DNA of 64,000 nucleotides from Macrostomum lignano (Eukaryota): NCBI GenBank assembly GCA_002269645.1, contig NIVC01003005.1, positions 62,134 to 126,133 of the forward strand, read 5' to 3'. Shown piece by piece: positions 39,824 to 51,834 of this stretch (position 1 is its first letter; each line of letters starts with the position of its first letter). The notes under the pieces were generated by a model. It saw only the letters and a program-made list of their open reading frames with translations, ran no database searches and was not told where the DNA came from. The position numbers and the translations under genes were made by a program.

Positions 39824-41315
39824 CTGGGTTTACCGGGTGCTGGGTTTACCGGGTGCTGGGTTTACCGGGTGCTGGGTTTACCGGGTGCTGGGTTTACCGG
39901 GTGCTGGGTTTACCGGGTGCTGTTGGGTTTACCGGGTGCTGGGTTTACCGGTTGCTGCTGGTTATACCAGGTGCTGGGTTTACCGGGTGCTGGGTTTACC
40001 GGGTGCTGGGTTTACCGGGTGCTGGGTTTACCAGGTGCTGGGTTTACCGGGTGCTGGGTTTACCGGGTGCTGGGTTTACCGGGTGCTGGGTTTACCGGGT
40101 GCTGGGTTTACCGGGTGCTGGGTTTACCGGGTGCTGGGTTTACCGGGTGCTGGGTTTACCGGGTGCTGGGTTTACCGGGTGCTGGGTTTACCGGGTGCTG
40201 GGTTTACCGGGTGCTGGGTTTACCGGGTGCTGTTGGGTTTACCAGGTGCTGGGTTTACCGGGTGCTGAGTTTACCGAGTGCTGGGTTTACCGGGTGCTGT
40301 TGGGTTTACCAGGTGCTGGGTTTACCGAATGCTGGGTTCACCGGGTGCTGGGTTTACCGGGTGCTGTTGGGTTTACCAGGTGCTGGGTTTACCGAATGCT
40401 GGGTTCACCGGGTGCTGGGTTTACCGGGTGCTGTTGAGTTTACCAGGTGCTGGGTTTACCGAATGCTGGGTTCACCGGGTGCTGGGTTTACCGGGTGCTG
40501 TTGGGGTTTACCGGGTGCTGTTGGGTTTACCAGGTGCTGGGTTTACCGGGTGCTGTTGGGGTTTACCGGGTGCTGTTGGGGTTTACCGGGTGCTGGGTTT
40601 ACCGGGTGCTGTTGGGTTTACCAGGTGCTGGGTTTACCGAATGCTGGGTTCACCGGGTGCTGGGTTTACCGGGTGCTGTTGGGTTTACCAGGTGCTGGGT
40701 TTACCGAATGCTGGGTTCACCGGGTGCTGGGTTTACCGGGTGCTGTTGGGGTTTACCGGGTGCTGTTGGGTTTACCAGGTGCTGGGTTTACCGGGTGCTG
40801 TTGGGGTTTACCGGGTGCTGTTGGGGTTTACCGGGTGCTGTTAGGGTTTACCGGGTGCTGTTGGGGTTTACCGGGTGCTGTTGGGGTTTACCGGGTGCTG
40901 TTGGGGTTTACCGGGTGCTAGGTTTACCGGGCGCTGCTGGGTTTACCGGGTGCTGTTGGGGTTTACCGGGTGCTGTTGGGGTTTACCGGGTGCTGGGTTT
41001 ACCGGGTGCTGTTGGGGTTTACCGGGTGCTGGGTTTACCGGGCGCTGCTGGGTTTACCAGGTGCTGGGTTTACCAGGTGCTGGGTTTACCAGGTGCTGGG
41101 TTTACCAGGTGCTGGGTTTACCAGGTGCTGGGTTTACCAGGTGCTGGGTTTACCAGGTGCTGGGTTTACCGGGTGCTGGGTTTACCGGGTGCTGGGTTTA
41201 CCGGGTGCTGGGTTTACCGGGTGCTGGGTTTACCGAATGCTGGGTTTACCGAGTGCTGGATTCACCGGGTGCTGGGTTTACAGGGTGCTGTTGGGGTTTA
41301 CCAGGTGCTGGGTTT
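39824..41315 (+). repeat. 16-bp G-rich satellite GGGTTTACCGGGTGCT
   Basis: About 1.5 kb; variants with inserted GTT or GTTG. Confidence 0.96.
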
Positions 41316-41684
41316 TGAGCTTACCTGGTTATCACCTATTCTGTAGCAGTAGAACTACGAGTACGAGTGTAAATCAATATTGTTGAGGAAACTTCAGAGA
41401 GCTTAATCTGTGAAAGTTCATCGAATACTATGAACTGCTCAGCGAGTCGAGTAGAGTACATGTAGAGTACGTTTGTGCATATCGTGACTTTTTCGGTCAC
41501 TGCCTAATTTAGATTTTTTCTATTCTAACAGAACTACAGTTCGTAATTACTTGTCTGAGGTAGCACTGAGGGTTTGGGTGGCAATTCGGCAAACGAATAT
41601 AGAGACTTAAATTTTTTAAATAATCAATTTCATTTTATGATCAGGATTATAGAGTGGGTGATACAACGCAGGGAGATGAGTGAA

Positions 41685-42570
41685 AAGAGGAGAGGAGAGG
41701 AGGGGAAAGGAGGGGAGAGGAGAGGAGAGCAGAGGAGAGGAGAAGAGAGAGAGAAGAGAAGAAGCGAGGAGAGGAGAGAGAGGAGGAGAAGAGAGGAAAG
41801 GAGAGAGAGGAGATAGAGGAGAGAAAGGAGAGGAGAGGAGAGAGAGGAGGAGAAGAGAGGAGAGGAGAGAGAGGAGAGAGGAGAGAGAGGAGAGGAAAGA
41901 AGAGGAGAGGAGAGGAGAGGAGAGGAGAGGAGAGGAGAAGAGAGGAGGGGAGAGGAGAGGAGAGGAGAGGAGGGGAGAGATGGAAGAGGAGGGGAGAGAG
42001 GAGAGGAGAGGAGGGGAGAGGAGAGGAGAGGAGAGGAGTGGAGAGGAGAGAAAAGAGAGAGAGAAGAGGAGAAGAGAGGAGAGGAGAGAGAGGAGATAGA
42101 GGAGAGAAAGGAGAGGAGAGGAGAGAGAGGAGAGAAAGGAGAGGAGAGAGAGGAGAGAGAGAGGAGAGGAGAGGAGAGGAGAGGAGAGGAGAGGAGAGGA
42201 GAGAGAGAGAGGAGAGAAGAGAGAGGAGAGAGAGGAGAGGAGAGAGAGGAGAGGAGAGAGAGGAGAGGAGGGGAGAGGAGAGGACAGGAGAGGAGAGGAG
42301 GGGAGATGAGAGGAGAGGAGAGAGAGGAGAGGAGAGGAGAGGAGAGGAGAGGAGAGGAGAGGAGAGGAGAGAGAGGAGAGAGAGGAGAGGAGAGAGAGGA
42401 GGAGAGGAGAGGAGAGGAGAGGAGAGGAGAGGAGAGGAGAGGAGAGAGAGAGGAGAGGAGAGGAGAGGAGAGGAGAGGAGAGGAGGGGAGAGGAGAGGAG
42501 AGGAGAGGAGAGGAGAGGAGAGGAGGCGAGAGGAGAGGAGAGGAGGGGAGAGGAGAGGAGAGGAGAGCAA
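41685..42570. repeat. (GAGAG)n homopurine tract
   Basis: Direct reading. Confidence 0.97.
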
Positions 42571-43204
42571 GGGAGCAGAGCGGTAAGGGAGAAGACACAG
42601 TCAGCAAGGCAAATCAGAGCAAAGCGGGCAGGCCCAATCCTTTCAATCCAACCCCAAGCTCCCAGCCAGCAGAGGTTCAATCGGTTTTTCCTCTGCCTTG
42701 CTGCAATTATTCTAACAAAATATTGCTGGCCGAGCCAGAAGCAGCCAGTAGAGTTCAATAAGGAAAAACTTGAGCAGCTATTAATTTTAATGGCCCAAAG
42801 CCAAACCAAACCCCGACGCTTCGTCTCAGCTGGGCCGCCAATTCCCCACAGTCAACTCAGCCCCATCAGCCCAGAGCACTGAGCAGTCTTGGCTTTCTTA
42901 GACAACATGCAAATCCTTTTCTCCTTACCCGACGGGCTCAGGGTATCAATTCTGAACTCAGGGTCTTTGAACTGCCTCCCGCGTGACTGCGCATAACAAT
43001 GCTCTCATCTCTGCCTCCGTTTGATCATAGCTAATGCTTCTTGCTTTGACAAGTTCATTCAGATATTTCATGCTTCAGAAGAACTTGTTTTCGCCTTGCC
43101 ATTTGTTGCGAGAACGTCTTCTAGTGCAGTTCTTTTCAGAGAGGGAAACGGGATAAAGCATGTATTGGTTATTTATCCACAAGAGAACTTTTACTTATCT
43201 GATC

Positions 43205-44140
43205 TCTCCCCTCCTCTCCCATGTCTCCCCTCCTCTCCCTTCTCCCCTCCTCTCCCATCTCTCCCCTCCTCTCCCATCTCTCCCCTCCTCTCCCATCTCT
43301 CCCCTCCTCTCCCATGTCTCCCCTACCCCCTACTTCACCCCTCTTCCCCTATTCTCCCCTATTCCTGTACTTCTTCCCTCCTCCCTATTTCTTCTTCCAA
43401 ACTAAGGAACTGAATTCCCTCCTTCATCTCTACAAAATATTTTCAAATATCGACTCTTTAACATTGTTGAAGAGACCAATTGGAGCTGAAGATTGCTGCT
43501 GGTCTCCCAACCAATAACGAGTACCGGAGCAAGGACTGAGTTGCAGACCTATTGACCCAATTTTATCAAGTGGTTAATCTATCAACTAAGTTTGCTGCAA
43601 GGACTACAAGGGCTGCAAGTTGTTAAGTAGTCCTTGGTTCGCTGTTGAAGGCGGCACAGAAACGAAGAATTGATCGAATATATCTGTCTTTTCCGCCTGC
43701 TGCTGAAGAAAGTCCATGTAAATTTTGCTTTTAAAAAATTTTCTGTTGGGTCACGGTATTTTGAGACGCAAAAAGAAACAGCAAGAAGATAAATTTAGTG
43801 TGCAAAAGCTAGGGGAGAAGTAGAGAGAGGGAGAGAGAAGTAGAGGGGGAGAGAGAAGTAGAGAGAGGAGAGAGAAGTAGAGAGAGAGAAGTAGAGAGAG
43901 GGAGAGAGAGAAGTAGAGAGAGGGAGAGAGAAGTAGAGGGGGAGAGAGAAGTAGAGAGAGGGAGAGAGAAGTAGAGGGGGAGAGAGAAGTAGAGAGAGGA
44001 AGAGATAAGTAGAGGTCGAGAGAGAAGTAGAGAGAGAGAAATAGAGAGAGGGAGAGATAAGTAGAGAGAGGAGAGATAAGTAGAGCTCGAGAGAGAAGTA
44101 GAGAGGGGGAGAGTAGATAGGGGATAGAGAAGCAGAGAAG
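43205..44140. repeat. Pyrimidine tract (43205-43400) and purine GAGAGAAGTAGAG repeat (43810-44140)
   Basis: Direct reading. Confidence 0.85.
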
Positions 44141-44547
44141 TAGACAGCAATCCTGCAGTGCTGGAGAGTTTGCAGTCCAAGACAAAAAAGATTATAGAAA
44201 CTCTTCGAAGCTTTCAAATATATGCAGCGATCTCGACAAAGGAAATTAGCGATCGAACAGAAGAAATTTGCTCGATATTAGCTAACTAGTTTATTTTATC
44301 ACTGGACAACCAGTTTTCAAGTGTGAACAGGTTCGAATCTGTCTGCGGCTACGCAAGGCTAAATGTTTTAGTTGATTCGATAATTTTTACACAGACAACC
44401 TTCGAAGTGCTTCGCTTTCAGCTCGCATTGGGCCAAGTAGATAGGACTGAGATAAGAGTTCGACAGAGGGACAGGCGCACAACCTTGATTCCGCTTCGCG
44501 ACAACCTATTCATTGAGACAGCGTGTTGGCAGGCAGCTGACTCTGCT

Positions 44548-47500
44548 TTAGTTTTCATTGACGCTTCGCTTCTTGCGGTAGGAGCTGCGATAGTAGCGGC
44601 TGTAGTACTCGCCAAGCAGAGTGCCTAGGTCCTTCTCGTTCATCGAGCAGTCGGTCTTGCAGGAGCGGATGCTGGAGCCGCGGATGCCGAGGGCGGAGCT
44701 GACGCAGCACTGGCCTGGCGGGCAATCCGAGTCCACCTGGCAGTCGATGCGGCGTGGCATGCCGAAGTCGTAGTAGCGCGGCATCTCTCGCTCGCAGACG
44801 CCGCCGTATCCTGCGTAGTGTTTGATTGGTTGCTATTTTTAGCACAGGAGGGTTTGTCCGACGAGTCGAGGGGGGGGGGTTTAAACGAAGAATGCGTTTG
44901 ATTGGTTGCCATTTTTAGCACTCCCTCGGCAGGGATACAAGTGAAAATCACGGGCTCTTCTAATTGGTTGCTATTTTTAGCGTGGCAGGGCTACCCCTGG
45001 GCAAGGAAAACCTTTTTTGCTTGATTATATATTTAGAGCTCAACATTTTTTCTCCAGAAAGTAAAGTTTAGCGCTCAGTGTTTCTTTAATTGGCTCGCTA
45101 ATTTTATGCCCTCGCTAATTTAGATTTTTAAAAATGGAAACCCAATCAAAAGGTTCCCGATTATTGAATACTCGGAGCATTAAAAGTGCAAACTTACTGA
45201 AGATATTCCATAAAATGGCCCATTGCAGTTCTCTACGAAAACACAAAACTTTCAGGCAAAAGTTGTCCGAGCCCACTCAACAAACTGCATTTTATCCTTG
45301 GGATTCGAAATCCAATTCTGAGACCGGAAAACGGCGTCGCGCCCTTCCCAGCGCCACAATTTGATCAGCTTAAGGAGGCTTTAAAATCCCCCCCCCGATG
45401 GGACCTCAGAGTGCTGGGAATCGGCGACAGACGAGAAGGGAAGAGCGAGGATGAAGACTGGGAGACTCCCCGGTCTCATGGCAAACTTGGAATATTCGAT
45501 AAGGCTGGGGAACAGCCCGCTGGGGATTCTGACTTGGGGAAACGATTTCTCCTGCCGCACGGAACCTCAGCTTTCAATGCTTCTTTGTTGCCAAGTAGGG
45601 CGGAGAATCTTCTTTTCGGGGAACTGCTCAGAACTCTGCCATGTCCCCCCCCCACCCAACGAAATAAAATGCCACTTCTCGCGGCTGCTAACTGAATTCT
45701 GGAGAAAGAGAATTTGATTGAGGGGAAAATGGTTGATTTTATGGACCGGGCCGAGCTGGGCGCCTCATCAATTTTCAGCTCCCTGCTGCTGCTGCTGCTG
45801 CTGGCTTCTTAGCCGGCCAGCAGGAATGCAAAATGAGGAGAGCTGCAGTGGCGGCTCTTCTCCCCACAGAATAAAAATTGGCCAAGCAAAACAGAGAGAA
45901 CTGGCCCCTCATTGCGTGGCGCGGAAATGTTAAAAATAAGTCAGTGGCACAAGAAATTATGGCAAGAGATTTCTGGCAGCATTCTGGATGTGGCCGCTGA
46001 GCCAGCTGTGCAACATTTATTAACGAAGTTTTGAGTGGCAGCTTTTTTGTACCCAAAACTGCATGTGGATACTAAAAATAGACTTTATTGTAAATAGACA
46101 TCCGCGATGGAAGTCTGGGTGGTGCATTGATGGGAACATATTGCAACGGTACTCATGTGGTTTAAAAATATCCCCAAAAGAAGCGCTCCGTATGGAAAGC
46201 TTTTAGAATTGGTATATTTATTTTTGTCTGGGTCCCCGATGTTGGCTAGATTAGCAATCCATTCTATTCCTTCATCAGTGATGCTGGCTAGATTAGCAAT
46301 CCATTCTATTCCTTCATCAGTGATGCTGGCTAGATTAGCAATCCATTCTATTCCTTCATCAGTGATGCTGGCTAGATTAGCAATCAATTCTATTCCTTCA
46401 TCAGTGATGCTGGCTAGATTAGCAATCCATTCTATTCCTTCATCAGTGATGTTGGCTAGATTAGCAATCCATTCTATTCCTTCATCAGTGATGCTGGCTA
46501 GATTAGCATTAGCAATCCATTCTATTCCTTCATCAGTGATGTTGGCTAGATTAGCAATCCATTCTATTCCTTCATTAGTGATGTTGGCTAGATTAGCAAT
46601 CCATTCTATTCCTTCAGTGATGCTGGCTAGATTAGCAATCCATTCTATTCCTTCATCAGTGATGCTGGCTAGATTAGCAATCCATTCTTATTCCTTCATC
46701 AGTGATGCTGGCTAGATTAGCAATCCATTCTATTCCTTCATCAGTGATGCTGGCTAGATTAGCAATCCATTCTATTCCTTCATCAGTGTGATGTTGGCTA
46801 GATTAGCAATCCATTCTATTCCTTCATCAGTGAGATGTTGGCTAGATTAGCAATCCATTCTATTCCTTCATCAGTGATGCTGGCTAGATTAGCAATCCAT
46901 TCTATTCCTTCATCAGTGAGATGTTGGCTAGATTAGCAATCCATTCTATTCCTTCATCAGTGATGCTGGCTAGATTAGCAATCCATTCTATTCCTTCATC
47001 AGTGATGTTGGCTAGATTAGCAATCCATTATATTCCTTCATCAGTGATGTTGGCTAGATTAGCAATCCGTTCTATTCCTTCATCAGTGATGTTGGCTAGA
47101 TTAGCAATCCAATCTATTCCTTCATCAGTGAGATGTTGGCTAGATTAGCAATCCATTCTATTCCTTCATCAATGATGTTGGCTAGATTAGCAATCCATTC
47201 TATTCCTTCATCAGTGATGGCTAGATTAGCAATCCATTCTACTCCTTCATCAGTGATGCTGGCTAGATTAGCAATCCATTCTACTCCTTCATCAGTGTCA
47301 CTCATCAGGGTCACTCACTCTTATAACCGTATCGGCAGACCAGGCCATCGCAGCACACCGTGTCCGAGTAGCAAAACGAGCCCTCAAAGCCGCACTAAAA
47401 AGGTGCAAAAAGGTGAAAATCGCAAATGACGAATATCGAATATCTTCAGCACACGCAGATCTCATCAGCGCAGAAACCGATATCAAATTTCAACGAATAG

Positions 47501-47652
47501 CTTATAGTTAGATCGAATATGATGATTCGATTGCAACTCACGTTGCTATCTGAGCCGCCGCCCATGATCCTGATGAAGCCCGCAGCCTCCCTAGGACCCA
47601 TGCTGATCGACAGGGCGACAGTCAGAGCAATCAAAATGGTTGCAGCTGTCAT
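44548..47652 (-). CDS. Secreted cysteine-rich precursor with two tandem 6-Cys knottin-like domains; join(47652..47542,47394..47319,44810..44548), 149 aa
   Basis: Signal peptide MTAATILIALTVALSISMGPREAAG. Donors AAC|gtgagt (47542) and AAGA|gtgagt (47319), acceptors cctttttag (47395) and tacgcag (44811); phases match and the total is 450 nt. Domain 1 is C-x6-C-x5-CC-x4-C-x10-C; domain 2 is C-x5-C-x4-CC-x14-C-x3-C. Confidence 0.85.
46215..47297. repeat. 42-bp minisatellite (about 25 copies) in intron 2 of the double-knot gene
   Basis: Unit GATGCTGGCTAGATTAGCAATCCATTCTATTCCTTCATCAGT. Confidence 0.96.
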
Positions 47653-47814
47653 TTCGCTGCTTTGTTAAAATATGGAATTCAGGGAAAACTTTTCAAAGGT
47701 TGAAAAATAGTTTTCTTAGGATCGACTTGAACAGCTAGCGCGCCCTGGAGATGCCGCTGGGTCCCTGTTTTAGCTGACGAAATTGATGACTTCTTCAGCC
47801 GCTCGACTAGAAAG

Positions 47815-47885
47815 TGATTCTTTCCAGCGGCAGCCCGAGTGCAGAGGGTTTATACCCCACCGAGGCTGGGGTTCCTGACCAATGG
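47815..47885 (-). promoter_or_regulatory. Candidate TATA/CCAAT promoter of the double-knot gene
   Basis: TATAAA on the minus strand at 47854-47849, CCAAT at 47879-47883, Inr-like TCACTTT near 47815, about 170-200 nt upstream of the ATG. TATA-Inr spacing is non-canonical. Confidence 0.35.
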
Positions 47886-47964
47886 GGAGAGGCCTCAGAC
47901 TGGCTGGCAGTTTGAGGAGCTAGCTCGATCATTGGCAAATCACATTCTGAGCATGGGTACCATG

Positions 47965-49550
47965 AGACTCTAACATCATGAGACTCATTATCATGAGAGT
48001 TGAGCATCAGGAGACTTTAGTATCATGAGAGTCTAGCATCATGAGAGTCTAGCATCATGAGAGTCTAGCATCAAGAGAGTCTAGCATCATGAGAATCAAG
48101 CATCATGAGAGTCTAGCATCATGAGAATCAAGCATCATGAGAGTCTAGCATCATGAGAGTCTAGCATCAAGAGAGTCTAGCATCATGAGAATCAAGCATC
48201 ATGAGAGTCTAGCATCATGAGAGTCTAGCATCAAGAGAGTCTAGCATCATGAGAATCAAGCATCATGAGAGTCTAGCATCATGAGAATCAAGCATCATGA
48301 GAGTCTAGCATCATGACAGTCTAGCATCATGACAGTCTAGCATCAGAGACTTCAGTATCATGAGAGTCTAGCATCATGAGAATCAAGCATCATGAGAGTC
48401 TAGCATCATGACAGTCTAGCATCATGACAGTCTAGCATCATGAGACTTCAGTATCATGAGAGTCTAGCATCATGACAGTCTAGCATCATGACAGTCTAGC
48501 ATCATGAGACTTCAGTATCATGAGAGTCTAGCATCATGACAGTCTAGCATCATGACAGTCTAGCATCATGAGACTTCAGTATCATGAGAGTCTAGCATCA
48601 TGAGAGTCTAGCATCATGACAGTCTAGCATCATGACAGTCTAGCATCATGAGACTTCAGTATCATGAGAGTCTAGCATCATGAGAGTCTAGCATCATGAG
48701 AGTCTAGCATCATGAGAGTCTAGCATCATGAGAGTCTAGCATCATGACAGTCTAGCATCATGACAGTCTAGCATCATGACAGTCTAGCATCATGAGACTT
48801 CAGTATCATGAGAGTCTAGCATCATGACAGTCTAGCATCATGACAGTCTAGCATCATGAGACTTCAGTATCATGAGAGTCTAGCATCATGACAGTCTAGC
48901 ATCATGACAGTCTAGCATCATGAGACTTCAGTATCATGAGAGTCTAGCATCATGAGAGTCTAGCATCATGACAGTCTAGCATCATGACAGTCTAGCATCA
49001 TGAGACTTCAGTATCATGAGAGTCTAGCATCATGAGAGTCTAGCATCATGACAGTCTAGCATCATGACAGTCTAGCATCATGACAGTCTAGCATCATGAG
49101 ACTTCAGTATCATGAGAGTTGAGCATCAGGAGACTTCAGTACCATGAGAGTTGAGAATCAGGAGACTTCAGTACCATGAGAGTTGAGAATCAGGAGACTT
49201 CAGTACCATGAGAGTTGAGAATCAGGAGACTTCAGTATCATGAGAGTTGAGAATCAGGAGACTTCAGTATCATGAGAGTTGAGCATCAGGAGACTTCAGT
49301 ATCATGAGAGTTGAGCATCATGAGACTCAGTAAGTATCACGAGAGTTGAGAATCAGGAGACTTCAGTATCATGAGAGTTGAGCATCAGGAGACTTCAGTA
49401 TCATGAGAGTTGAGAATCAGGAGACTTCAGTATCATGAGAGTTGAGCATCAGGAGACTTCAGTATCATGAGAGTTGAGCATCAGGAGACTTCAGTATCAT
49501 GAGAGTTGAGCATCATGAGACTTCAGTATCATGAGAGTCTAGCATCAGGA
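47965..49550. repeat. 16-bp satellite CATCATGAGAGTCTAG with higher-order variants and a 33-bp dimer zone
   Basis: Direct reading. Confidence 0.96.
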
Positions 49551-50509
49551 GACTTTAAGAAACGGACACTTCTGTAACATAAGACTTCAGTAATATACAC
49601 TTTAGTATCATGAGACTTCAGTGAACAAACACCAGTCACTTCAGCAACAGACACTTGAACAGCCAAGCCTTTTTCAACCAAACATGCAAATACCTTTGCC
49701 ATGGGATGCTAGCTAATGCAGTCTGTGTTGATTAATAAATCAGACATATGCAGTTTCATGCACACGGTTCTGTATCCGATCCGCCCCAGCTTCATTCCTT
49801 TAGCGCGTAATTACGCACACAGCGAATGCAAAGGGAGAACGACGGCCACAAAGGACCAAAAATCGATGACCTGAATCGAAAATTTTTCTCTCTAGAAGTC
49901 CTTCTCCAAGCACACCAGGCCAATGCTTGGTCGATGCAGATACAGCTACACCCGGTCTCTGTGATACATACAGGGCCATATATTATTTTCCCACAGCAAA
50001 GCAACAATTAGAGCTAGAATGGTTGACAGGTGAGAATTCTCTCACAAAGAAAAATTGTGTATCATGAAATATTCATTAACACTAAACACTACACTATTAT
50101 GATTATTTATTGCATTCTGTTGTAAGGGAAACAAACAGACAGCAGTGCTGCATTTGGCAACTAATAATATTTACTCTTTTCATTTCATGCCATCTGCATA
50201 TTTATTGATTTGTATTATTATTGAACAGTCGGATACAGTAAAACTCATAAGACAAGGGCAGTACAGACCGACCATACAAGACAAACAGCAGGCATTTGGC
50301 GTAAAGCAAAACAAGAAAACAAGAGGATTACAAAACAAGACATATTATAATTACGACAACAAATTTGAATAGTGTTTAGCTGCATATTTTACCAATAGAA
50401 CAATATTTATTGTTTATAATTACAGTCAAACATTGGAATTTTGTTGATTATTGGACACATTGAGAATCCAAACGCAATGCACATTTTCTATATTTGGAAT
50501 TTTGCTTAT

Positions 50510-50930
50510 GGGGAGATGAAGGGAGAGACGAAGGGAGAAAAAAGGAGAGATAAAGGGAGGGATAAAGAGAGAAAGATGAAGGGATGGATGTAGGGAGAGA
50601 GGAAGGGAGAGATGAAGTAGATTAAAGGGAGATATGAAGCGAGAGAAGGGAGATTAAGGGGAGGGATGGAGGGAGGGATGAAGGGAGAGGTGAAAGGAGA
50701 TTAAAGGAAGATGAAGGGAGATTCAAGGGAGAGATAAAGGGAGGAATGAAGGGAAGGATGAATAGAGATAAAAGGAGAGATGAAGGAAGAAATGAAGGGA
50801 GATTAAAGGCGGAGATTAAGGGAGGGATGAAGGGCGAGATAAAGGGGGATGAAGGGAGATGAAAGGGAGAGGTGTATTTTTAGGAGAGGAGATACAAGGA
50901 GAGAAGAAAGGGATAAAATGGAGGGATATA
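50510..50930. repeat. Degenerate purine-rich GAAGGGAGAT repeat
   Basis: Direct reading. Confidence 0.85.
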
Positions 50931-51526
50931 AGAGAAGCATTAGCCAGCAAGAAGAAGTCAAAACGATGGGGCAACAAGAAGCGAAAGCGAGCACAGAGCA
51001 GCGGCTCTATGTTTAACACAGTACTGCAAACCCGAGCAGACACGAGCAAGCACGCGGGAAAAGCCATATACGGAAATGCTAACAATAACCAAAAAAGAAC
51101 AGAAAAAAAGCATTTTGACGTAAGCGGAATTAACGAGATTAGTTTATAGAGATAGGGGAGAGGAGGACACGGGGTCAGGCTGTAACGGTCAGGCCTCTCT
51201 GAACTTAATCAATAAAATCAGCACAAAGGAAGAAATAAGAAAGCGCTCAGATGGCATGCATTGAAATAAAAAGAATGAAACAAAATCCGTTTAATGCTAC
51301 TGGCATATATTTTACTCAGTAGCTAAACGCGAATACAATTGTGTATAATTCTCCTCTATCTTTGCACAAGCAAACAAATTTGAGAGATTTAAATAAATTA
51401 TCATGCAGAATACAAACAATGAATGGATGAATTTACAAGCACACGCAAAATAAGACTGAATTTTCAAGTTGAAATACCTTGCGACTTTTGATTTTCAACT
51501 TCTCTATTTAAATTGAAAGTCTTAAA

Positions 51527-51760
51527 GGCTGCGTACGGCTGTTCAGTCCAGGGACTGGGGGTCACCAGGGGTCACCACACACACCCTTAATTACCCCAGC
51601 TAATGCTGGCACCCATTTTACAGCTGGGTGAACTGAAGCAATGCAGAGTTAAGCGTCTTGCTCAAGGACACTAATTGTTCGAGTAGTAGGTGGAGAATCG
51701 AACCTCCGACCTTTCAGTCGTGAGCCCAACGCTCTAGCCACTAGGCTACAACCATCCCCC
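51527..51760 (-). mobile_element. tRNA-derived CORE-like SINE copy
   Basis: Minus strand: TAGCCTAGTGG (A box), GGTTCGATTC (B box), then GTGTCCTTGAGCAAGACGCTTAACTC...CTTCAGTTCACCCAGCTGTAAAATGGG, resembling the MIR/CORE domain. Second copy at 32658. Confidence 0.82.
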
Positions 51761-51834
51761 CTAATTGGACAAGAAAGAAGTTGAAAACCAATAATCTCTA
51801 GCTACCGATATGTATCGAAAACAGCGTACAATCG

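Noticed and set aside
44820-44990. Three to four copies of TGATTGGTTGCTATTTTTAGC (CCAAT-box-like) beside the exon 3 acceptor
   Set aside because: A short degenerate intronic repeat, not at a plausible promoter position.
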